Source: Eledone cirrhosa (lineage: Eukaryota). From it: a stretch of DNA of 64,000 nt. Of the stretch, positions 52,792 to 64,000 are shown one piece after another (position 1 is the first letter of the stretch; every line of letters starts with the position of its first letter). The stretch covers positions 316,262,001-316,326,000 of the forward strand of contig OZ024742.1 in the NCBI GenBank assembly GCA_964016885.1. The letters run 5' to 3'. A program made the position numbers and the translations under genes. The notes beneath the pieces were generated by a model. The model ran no database searches. It saw nothing but the letters and a program-made list of their open reading frames with translations, and was not told where the DNA came from.

Positions 52792-54759
52792 ATCATCATC
52801 ATCATCATCATCAACGTTTAACCTCCGTGTTCCACGCTTGCATGGGTTTGGACGGGGGTAGTCCCACTTGAGGCAAGAGTGATTGTCTTGCTCGCATAGG
52901 ACTGTCTGGCAGGTTTTCTACAGTTGGATGCCCTTCCTAACACCAACCACATTTACAGTGTGGGTCTGGGAGGTTTTTACCGTGTTGCCTACACGGCCAC
53001 ATTACAGCGTGGACTGTGTGTTTTTTTGTCGTGACACCTACACGATCTCATTTGTTTCGGCCTGGATGGCGCGGCACCAACATAACTTTACATAGAACGG
53101 GGTGGTGTGGATGGGGTGGGGGTGGTGGCGGGACGGGGTGTAGTTTGTTAGAGATGCCTACTGGCAAGGCGGGTCTTCTCTGTTACTGAGTACCGCCAAA
53201 GGTCACGGTCCAGTGACATTGTCTTGGAGAGGTGTAAGTGTGTGAGGTCGGAGTTTATCAGCTCATCCCATGTTTTTCTAGGTCTGCCTATTCCGTGGCT
53301 ACCGTCTATCTTTATTGCCCTGCATTTTGTAATACAGCTATCCACTTTCATGCGCATCACGTGTCCATACCAACGCAGCCTTCTCTCGAGTAAACAACAT
53401 CTGATCCCTCTTATCTCTAATTTTTTCCTTAGTTCGTTTATGCTTTGCCGTTCACGTATATTACTGTTACACATCCAGCGGAGCATGCAAGCTTCGTTCC
53501 TCTCTAGTCTGCGTATATCCTCTGCACACAATGCCCAGGTCTCACTACCATGCAACATTGCTGTTCGTATGCAGGCATCGTACAACCTGCCTTTCATTTT
53601 TAGGGAGAACCCTTTAGCAGCTAATAGTGGTATAAGCTCTCTGAACTTTTTCCAACCAGTTCTGACTCTAGCTACAGTACTTTCAGAGCACCCTCCCCCA
53701 CTGCTGATTTTATCGCCCAGGTAACGGAAGCTGTCCACTATTTCTATAGAACCCTCTGCGCAATTGAAAGAGCTAGTATTTTGTGGGCACTTGCTGCTAC
53801 TTATTGCACCAGAACACCGGCCACATGTAAAGTCTATGTTCTTAGTTAGCTTACCTGTGATCCCACTACATCTTTTATGCACCCATACTTTGCATTTAGG
53901 ACATAAGATGGAGTTTCTACCTACGCCTTTCCTACATACCGAGCACGACCATTTCCCAGAAGGGACCGCCGCCTTGTTTTCTTTCCTACAAACTAGAACT
54001 TTGGTCTTAGCCAGGTTAATTTTAAGTCCTTTTGACTCTAGGCCGTGCTTCCATGTTTGGAATTTCTTCTCTAGCTCGGCCATTGATTCCGCTATGAGTG
54101 TCAGGTCGTCTGCGTATAGGAGTTCCCATGGGCAGCCTGTCTTGAACACCTCTGTTATAGCCTGAAGGGCAATAATAAATAGTAGGGGGCTGAGAACAGA
54201 GCCCTGATGGACGCCAACTTTTACGCTAAACTCTTCACTATATTCGTTGTTAATTCTAACCTTGCTGACTGTTTCTTTATACATGGCTTGTATAGCCCTC
54301 ACAAGCCATTCGTCAACGCCTAGTTTTCTAAGAGCCCACCAGATAATGGAGCGGGGGACTCTGTCGAAGGCTTTCTCCAGGTCGACAAAAGCTAAGTAGA
54401 GGGGTTTACCTTTAGCTAGGTACTTCTCCTGTAGTTGTCGTACTATGAAAAGAGCGTCTGTGGTGCTTTTGCCTGACACAAACCCGAACTGCATTTCATC
54501 TAGATCAATTCTCTCTCTGATTAGTTGCGCTATTACTTTTTCCGTGACCTTCATGACCTGGTCGATTAATTTAATGCCTCTATAGTTACTCCTATCTAGG
54601 GCGTCTCCTTTACCCTTATAACAGTTAACGATGATGCTGCTATGCCAGTCCTTCGGAACAACCCCATTCTGTACGACTTGGTTAACTATGCGGGTGACCA
54701 TGGTGTGTCCCACCGTGCCAGATGCCTTCAGCATCTCAGCAACTATTTCCGAAGGCCCA

Positions 54760-54764
<5 letters not shown>
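52792..54764 (-). mobile_element. Young 5'-truncated RTE-clade LINE with (GAT)n tail
   Basis: Intact RT ORF, 3' UTR containing ggatgcccttcct, (ATC)n at 52792-52812; (TA)n on both sides. Confidence 0.93.
53148..54764 (-). CDS. RTE reverse transcriptase (538 aa, uninterrupted) with a PHD-like Cys/His insert
   Basis: [46 protein letters not shown]; insert CSVC...CPKC..WVHKRC...CGRC. Confidence 0.92.
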
Positions 54765-54797
<33 letters not shown>

Positions 54798-54879
54798 TAG
54801 TCATGATCCTGCGAGCACACAGGTGAAACTCCAGAGGAACAAGATTCAACAAGCTAACAAGCTAATATACATATATATT

Positions 54880-54927
<48 letters not shown>

Positions 54928-54942
54928 CGCGCGCGTGTGTGT

Positions 54943-55005
<63 letters not shown>

Positions 55006-55506
55006 CGTGCGTGTGTGGAGGAAATGTTCGTGGTACGGAGATCGGGAGAACCAGAAATTAAGGAATCAAATTTAGGTACAGTATCGGTATAGTAATTAGT
55101 AGAAATCCCAACGGTGAGCCCACTCCGTTTCGGCTGGCCTGTAAGCCTTCTGGTTTTGGAAATCCAAAATAACTCCTCTGTCCAATTTCTCCCGACACTA
55201 GGAATATTAACAAAGAGAAGACAGGACAATGAATGAAAACAAGGCAAAACGAAAACATTTTCACCTTTTTTTTAAAGGGAAACCTTAAATTTCTTTTTGA
55301 AAATAAAAATAGAAGCGAAAGATACAGAATTCCAAGGTCTTCAGCCGTCGAGATGGATTTCTGGCAGTTTCAACCCCTACTAACAGTACTGCTGGTCCAA
55401 CCAGAGGTACAGCGTCCGACACAAGCCAAAGCGCTTTCCGTGGAGAAAGAGTTAAAACAAAACAATAACTTATAACAATTAAGCCATAACATGTACACAT
55501 AGAATG

Positions 55507-55608
<102 letters not shown>

Positions 55609-56418
55609 GTAACCAAAACTAATCAAAATTGCTAATTAATTATATAATTAAACTGGATGTTTATGTCATTATATACATACAAATAAAGATGTGTAAGAAA
55701 AGAAGAGGATAACACAGTATATACAACAAATTCAGATGGTAGAATAGATTTCTTCAAACATTTATTACTTTACAAACATTTTAATGCAAATAACTTGACG
55801 AATTTATGCTATAAGAATAAACATTCCATAACTCCTTGTGAAGTCATGAGGCACCGCCATACGGCGTGTACAGGGCACTTTTAAACCTGGCGGAGCCCAA
55901 TCCTCTCCAGGTCTGAACACTACCTATTTTTTCTATAGAGGAAGAATCGCCCCCATTACTGGATTGCCCGTTTTTTATCGACCTCGAAAGGATGAAATGC
56001 GAAGTTGACCACGGCTGGATCTAAACTCAGAACAATGAGGTGGGATGAACACCGTAAAGCATTCTATCTGACGTCTTAACGACTCTCCATTTCACCGCCT
56101 ATACTTATGCTATAACACGATATTAAAAAAGGGGAAAAAAATATATTGAACATAGCCAAGTATCAATAAATGTCTTACGTAAATCAGTTTATGGTGCATT
56201 ACTTCGTCAGGGAAACAGCTTCAAATACCTCCTCTTTGTATTGTTTGATAATTGAGAAGAGAAGGAATCGGCCATATTACCTCTGATACACACATACACG
56301 CACACACAATCCCATATACACACACCTATACATAACACACCTACACACCTACACACCTACACACACACACATACACCCAATCCCATATACACCTAATCCC
56401 ATATACACACACCTATAC

Positions 56419-56518
<100 letters not shown>

Positions 56519-57758
56519 AAACCAGTGCATAATTTATTTCCGCTTTTCTTACCATATTTGGTCTAATCAACCTGGAAAATGAATATGCTTTGCTGAGAGG
56601 ATTTAATAAGATTGAAACATGGGCATTGCTTTCACCAAATTGGATTATATAGAAAGTCCATTCTTAATTCCTTGTCTAATTTCTTTCAAAAGAGTTGAAT
56701 CGCCCCACGCAACAGAACGTCTTTCACTTGATTTGTTTCCAAGAGTTTCCGTTTAAAAAAAAACCAAGATAAGTTTCAATTGATTAAAGTTTTCTCTCAC
56801 TCTCTGAATTCAGACTGTGAATCACTATTCGGCTCTATTCGCATGTATACATACGAATAGAGCCTCTACCTCGGGAACGTTCACCTCTACTGTTTCTCGA
56901 TTTTACACTCACCCACACTCATGTAATAAAGAAATGTTAAATGTAAGCATCCCAAATGCAAATAATAATATTTGACTTATAACAATAGTTGACAAAGGCT
57001 CTTCCAGTGCACCTTACCATCTTCGGGGAAACGCCTTCTCCATCCTGTCCGCCGGGGCTGTGGGGAGGCCAGTACGTGGGACCCCATTTGCTCACCATAC
57101 GGATTAATAGGCAACGTTATAAACTAATGTAAATAAATGTTTGTGAACTGTCTTTAAAAAAAAAAAAATAAAATCCTGCAGACATGCATACATATCTAGC
57201 TAGTTGTTGACAGAGGTGCCTAGGAGGAGTGGAATCTTGCATCTCTCGGAGGCAGGGCGAGAGCCACCAATTCTGTCTAGAAATGTAAATAAAACGCTTT
57301 ACCAAAGAAGCATTTACGTTGGGAAGTACAGATTATAAATTTCGAATTTTCCCAATACTTCCTAACTCAACCGCTTTGTTTTCACTTCTATCTATTGGCT
57401 AGAACTGTAAACAAAGCAGTTGGCTCATGTATGTGTGTGTACAGTTTTTTTTTTCTTGTTTTTTTTTTTACATATATATGCATTGTGTGTTGATATACAA
57501 AGAAGCAGACATACCGACTGAATGATATCGAGATGCTGAGAAGGTGACAGGGTGCAACCGCCATTGACAACTTGAATAAAATGGTGACAGAGAAAATGAA
57601 CAGTTCATATAAAACAAACTGTCGGAATACAAAACCTGCATAGTTCAAAGTGAATTGTTAATGGATGAAAAGAGACATCCCATAAACAACTTCTCGCTGA
57701 TTACATATGTGTGTGCGCGCGCACACACACAAGACACAAATACGTACGCATACAAACA

Positions 57759-57795
<37 letters not shown>

Positions 57796-57808
57796 CATAA
57801 GAAACGGA

Positions 57809-57976
<168 letters not shown>

Positions 57977-57989
57977 CATAAGAAACGGA

Positions 57990-58029
<40 letters not shown>

Positions 58030-58186
58030 ATATATATATAATATGTATATCTGTATATTTATATATATATGTAAGTATGTGTGAAATTTCGTTTTCATTA
58101 TATTTCAACTTATATATATATGTATATATATATATATATATACACAAGCACGCATACCTCTCCTTCTTTCTCTCTCTCTCTCCCTC

Positions 58187-58246
<60 letters not shown>

Positions 58247-58269
58247 CGAGTATATATATATATATACAC

Positions 58270-58307
<38 letters not shown>

Positions 58308-59193
58308 ACCTGTTTGTTTCTATATATGGGTATTATGCACGCAAGTATGAATGTACATTTATGTAAATACGAATCTAGTGCACACAGACGTATGTATGTA
58401 TAAATATAGCAGCACCTATATTAACGCATATGGAAAATTCTTCCCTGTTTCTTATTCAGCAAACCAGATATATGTCCACGTGTGCTTCCATACATTTGTG
58501 CATGTAATGTCTGTTTTAGGCTTTCTGCTTTTAAGTATATGTGTATGTGCGAGTGTATGAGTGTGCACGTATGTAATATGTGTATTTGTAGGTCTGTGTA
58601 TGTGTGTGTGTTTGTGTGTGCCTGCATGTGTGTGAGTATGCGTTTGCGTGTGTGTGTGTTTGTGTGTGCCTGCATGTGTGTGTGTATGCGTGTGCGTGTG
58701 TATGAATGAGCATGTATGTAATGTGTGTATTTGTAGGTGTGTGTGATTATGCCTCTGCATATGTGTTTATGTGTGCCTGCATGTGTGCGAGCATACGTGT
58801 GCGAGTGTGTGTTTGAGTGTGAGTATGCGTGTGCGAGTGTGTGTTTGAGTGTGAGTATGCGTGTGCGAGTGTGTGTTTGAGTGTGAGTATGCGTGTGCTA
58901 GTGTGTGTTTGAGTGTGTGTATGCGTGTGCGAGTTTGTGTTTGTGTGTATTTGCATGCGTCTTTGTGTGTGTTTGTGTGTGTGTGTGCATGTGTGTGACT
59001 ATACGTGTGCTAGTGTGAGCGTGTATGTCAATTAAATGTAGAAAGATGTGATAAGAGTTTGAGAGATTTATGGAGAAGTAATAATAAAACGGAGAAAAGA
59101 AAGATGGATGGAAAGAAAATGAAGTGTACAAGGTAAGCAGGTAAGTAATAACACGTATAAAAGATGTAGAATATATGTATATACACACATACG

Positions 59194-59258
<65 letters not shown>

Positions 59259-59266
59259 GTGTATAC

Positions 59267-59336
<70 letters not shown>

Positions 59337-59356
59337 GTGTATACGTGCATAAGTAT

Positions 59357-59416
<60 letters not shown>

Positions 59417-59434
59417 TTATATATATATATATAC

Positions 59435-59471
<37 letters not shown>

Positions 59472-59488
59472 GATAGATAGATAGAGAT

Positions 59489-59568
<80 letters not shown>

Positions 59569-62366
59569 TGAGATAATGATAGAGATAAAGAGAAGGCTGG
59601 AAGGAAGAGAGCGAGAGAGTAAATTGGGTTTATGAGTTGGAAAACAAGAGAGAATATATATGAAAGATAATAATTATATGACGTGTATAGTAAAGAAAGG
59701 GAAGAAGGAGGAGGGAGAGGACTAATAATATGAGATGTATAGAATTTCCAATCAAACCACCAATGTATTAATTGTATAGAGAAAGAAGGAAAACTTATTA
59801 ATTTGTTCATTTACCATAGACAAGGGCAATAGGTGAGATGACAGATGTATCTGGATTATTAAGAAATAATAGTAATAACGCCGGTAATTATCACTTTTTT
59901 TTTTACCTTTATATCTTTTGAGGATATATGTATCTTTGTTGCATCCTTCCCCTTCAGATGGGTCACAAAGAAATATTATATTTTTCTGTCTAAAAAGAAA
60001 GATTTATTATCATAGAAACAGTCAAGCAAGAGAACTAGTCGTTACTTTCTTTGGATTGACTAAGACTAATGTAAGAGAACTGCGACCACCACACCACCCG
60101 GCAAATACCAACAACGCAATCTCTCCCAACGAAGTATCATTACCACCAAATTTATCTTTACGAAAACACGACAAATACCACCACCAAATATCACCACTAC
60201 TACTATTACTACTACTACGACTACTACTACTTGGATGCTTATTACAAGTTCTGTCAAAAATCTGTTTTACGTTAATAGTTAAGGTAAGCTTCTAGTGAAC
60301 GGAGTACATGCCCGATGTTAATTCTAGGTTGTTTTATAGATTTCAATTCACCTAGATGTCTTTCTGAACATCATATATCTTATCCCTTTTAAACCTAAAT
60401 CCAGTTGGGAACAACTCACTATTGCCCCACCTTCTTGGAATTTTAAAGAATTCTGCCGTGTATTAACATTTATTTTAAATGTGGCCAATAAAATGATTTC
60501 CAACGTACCGAGATGTGTGTATTGACAGTCAACAATTATGTTTTAACCAACAATTTATAATTATTAAACACAAATCGTTTATTAAACCCTAATACGAAAA
60601 TGAAACTTGGAACGTAAACCTAGTTTTTCTACCATCTTGTAAAGTAATCATTTTCCTGGCTAGTAATATTCATTTTTGTTGTTATAATTAACTTTGTCGT
60701 TAGATGTAGGGGCTTCATGCATCCATATTGTATCTCTGTGTAAATATTTACTTGGGAACTGATCATATTACATGTAGTCTTGCTTGACTATATTTATATA
60801 TTCAAACTGCTGTATCAGGTTTTATAAGATGAAAGAAGTTTATATATGGATTTTTAGGTGGAGATTATCTTGTTTAAACGTACTTAGTGAACGGATGTTC
60901 TTGATATTAGTATACGTATTATTGTTGTTAGTAGCGCTTCTTGTAATGCTGGGATTATAAGGATGTTGCTGTTGATTTCTGTAAACTCAATTCTCTCTAG
61001 TTGTACAGACACTTAATACTAAGGCAGGTAATCAATTACTTGCAGGTGATTCCTTGCAGGTGATCTACAAACTCAGTATATTTGGATATGACTAAAATGT
61101 ATTAACATTAAGTGTCTTATAGAAATTGGGAGGGTTGCAACAAGTCGTGGTGGGGTCCAAACAGAAGATATTAACATACAAAGATTGTTACTTTAGGATA
61201 TTTCACTGTTATTTCTTTTATTTCTTTTGTTTTTGAATAGATGCATCTCCCTTCATGCACCAACGGAAAACATAAGGGTTTCCTTATTATGATCACAAGT
61301 AAAAAGAAGTTTTGAACAAACGTTTATAGAATTTACGTCTCATCTGGTACGTTTAAGAAATATTTTGGCAATCATGAACTGCAGAGACACAAACCATTCA
61401 CTATGTAAGACTTCTATTATTTACGTATCTATGTGTACCGTTTAATTAAATACCTTGTAATTCGTTCGATGTATTTAGTTCAATGTTCAGTTGTATGTTA
61501 CGTTAGTATACTTAAATCTCTGTAAGTAGATTGGTGTTTGATTAGGTTGATGTTTTTAATTTTCGGTGTTTTGTTCAATATCTTCTGTGTTGTATTTTGT
61601 TCAATAGCATCAGTGTGTTTATGTTGTGTCCAACGGTAAATTTAGTATGTTTTGTATCCAATCTATTGTGTTTATCAACATGTTATGTCTTGAGTATAAT
61701 TTGCTATTTAGTCATTTTTAGTACGTTATTGTTTATCGTTTGAGGAATTAATCTAATCTAATCGAATCTAGCCGAGTTTACACTCGCAAATAAAAAGAAC
61801 CAGGGCCGCCACTAGGAGTATTGGATTTGGTGTACTTCATATTTGTTTCGGTTGCTGAATACAATCAGGGGTCGCTGCTTCTCCTGAAGGTCAATAGTTC
61901 TCTTCTCACTCGAGCGGGAGCATATTTCCATTGTCAATTTGCATTGATCATCTGCAAAGCTGCATTGTTCTGAGAACCACTACACCAGTCTTTCGATGCG
62001 TGCAGCTGGAACTACTGCCGCCCATTGATTTGGCAGGATTTTTTTTTTTAGATGGCCGTTGACTTTTGAGTTCTTCCGCCCTTTGTCAGGTATTGTTTTT
62101 TGTCCTGCAGGGTGTCCAAAATCAACCTCCTCACCAAGTAAACTTGGTGGGGTTGCCGGTTTAGTCGCTGATGATCCGACCATGCGACAGGTTGTACTCA
62201 AGAATGACGTGACATTTATGAGCTAAATTCACTATCATTATATAAGTCTTTCCATTTTCTAGGGTTTAAGGCATTATGTATATATTGTCGTATTTATAAT
62301 GTGCTAACTACTATGTATAAGGATTATATTCAGACATTATTTTATGTAATTTGGTGTGTTTAGTTA

Positions 62367-62586
62367 AATCGGGTGAATTGGCAATATCCGGAGAGAGTCG
62401 GACGCCATGTTTTGTCGCATAGATTTGCGGTCCTTTACGGTCTGAGTTCAAATCCCGCTGAGGTTAACTTTGTCTTTCATCCTTACGGGGTCGATAAAAT
62501 AAAGTACCAATAATGCACTGGGATAATTGCTGGCCTTGTGCCAAAAGTATAAACAATTATTTAAAGTAATTTGGTGTGTTTAGTTA
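62367..62586 (+). mobile_element. Full-length SINE with 21-bp target-site duplication
   Basis: TSD gtaatttggtgtgtttagtta at 62346-66 and 62566-86. Confidence 0.92.
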
Positions 62587-63147
62587 CATTTAAATAGTTA
62601 TTGGTGTTAATTTCGTTATACATAAATCAGTGTGATTTATATATTTTTAAAACTGTTAATTGTTTTTTTTTATAATGCTGCATACAATTTAATACATCTT
62701 AGCCAATACTTCCGGTCCTAACAACATAATTTCATATAGAATTTACTTCAATATAGTTGGTATTCTGCATGTATGTATATATATATTCGTATATATTCGT
62801 TTCAGTACAAGTGTGTATTTGCTTTTATATGTGTGTATTTGGTAGAATATTTATTACAAAGTGTGTGGTTCTATGTGACTGTCTTATAAATATAACTTGG
62901 TATATAATTACTACGTCACTGAATGACCTCCGAGTAAAGGGATTGGTATTAGTGAAGACAACCAGCTGTAAAAACTATGTTAATTAAGCTGGAATGTATT
63001 TAGTGAAACATGGTCTTGAAAACCCCTAGGAAAAAGTAACCCAATTAAAAGCTGGCTTCGTTTCTAACAACTCACCCAACCCATGTTAACATGGAAAATT
63101 GGACATAAAATAATGATCTCGACGATGATATTTATAACGTCTCCTTT

Positions 63148-63368
63148 TCTATTTAAGCGGCCACTGCCATCGTGCCACCTACGAGGCTATGTCCGCATTA
63201 GTGCTTTGGAAACCACAAGCAGTCACTAATAACAGGGGGCGCAAGCACTCCTTCCGCGATGTCATCTCCAGAGATTCTATGACTTGGCGACGCAATGAAC
63301 GACAGGCCCACGTGGAGATCAATTATTGAGTCCATTTCGGCTGAGGCAGCCGGATGATGATGATGATT
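63148..63368 (+). mobile_element. 3' fragment of an RTE LINE
   Basis: LLWKP...AMNDRPTWR-like translation and (GAT)n tail. Confidence 0.7.
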
Positions 63369-63720
63369 TAATCGGTCAAAAGTGTTCCCCTTTCAATTTC
63401 TATATATATCATTTTCTCGACGTCTATCTGTCTCTCTCTGTTTCTCTATTTATCCCGCACATCTCCCTATCTCATTTTCACCTTTTCTCTTACTTACTCT
63501 CATAGAATCAGCTTCACAATGTTGTGAGAGTGTCTTGAGAGGCCAACCAAGAAGCATCATTCTTTCACATAATAGAACTGGAGGTTCGCAACCTATTTGC
63601 ATTAGAGTATGCTAGTAAAACTCGCAAAGTAACCATAGGGATTAACGAATGTTGACGTGCAAATGTATCGTAAGGTATGGGGTGGTTAAATTGGGTAAAT
63701 GATATAAATATATATATATA

Positions 63721-63780
63721 TCATTAGTTCGGATCTAGCTGTCGAAACGGCCGGAGCACAGCCGTCGGGATCCTGAGTCT

Positions 63781-63786
<6 letters not shown>
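63721..63786 (+). mobile_element. 66-bp insert in (TA)n carrying the 3' half of a hammerhead (palindrome family)
   Basis: gtc-GAAACGGC-cggagcaca-GCCGTC-gggat. Confidence 0.65.
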
Positions 63787-63833
<47 letters not shown>

Positions 63834-64000
63834 CAAATAATGAAACGAAATTAAATTTCGTTTCGCTTCTAACTCACTTTTGTATGACTGACGCTTAAAC
63901 AATTAAGTTAAAGTGTACATCTACATATGTATACGGAAGTATTAGTATGCATATAAATACACACATGTATACATATGTACATGTACTCAGCTTTTCACTA

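Noticed and set aside
53224-54165. Plus-strand ORFs over LINEs (also 41112-41621 and others)
   Set aside because: Antisense shadows of RT coding sequence.
55100-55175. Hammerhead on the minus strand (ggct/agcc-GAAACGG...CCGTT-gggat)
   Set aside because: The 3' half looks right, but no recognisable CUGANGA or UUGANAA core; at most a decayed copy.
61800-62210. GC-richer minus-strand segment as a gene
   Set aside because: Stops in all frames and only a faint resemblance to a LINE ORF1/APE junction.

Overview
Repeat-dense, AT-rich animal genomic DNA, not prokaryotic. The SINE types and the extreme (TA)n/(CA)n/(CATA)n load suggest an octopus-like cephalopod (inference). Most ORF-track entries are microsatellite artefacts. 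Positions 1-6000 hold a 54-bp tandem array with three fully open frames, including a Thr-rich mucin-like frame on the minus strand that the ORF track misses. Mobile elements include a near-complete Tx1/L1-type LINE, a Penelope-like element (RT plus GIY-YIG), RTE and CRE LINE pieces, a mariner relic, Helitron ends, MITEs and many tRNA-derived SINEs. The main hidden signal is a set of type I hammerhead ribozyme (HHR) folds read by eye, from about six sequence families. They include a 474-bp tandem retrozyme-like array with minimal HHRs, a U3-A8 core variant in both arms of a 1.6-kb palindrome, and head-to-head HHRs in fold-back structures. Almost all sit in (TA)n tracts, consistent with Penelope-driven mobilisation. 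None of the folds has been computed or tested.
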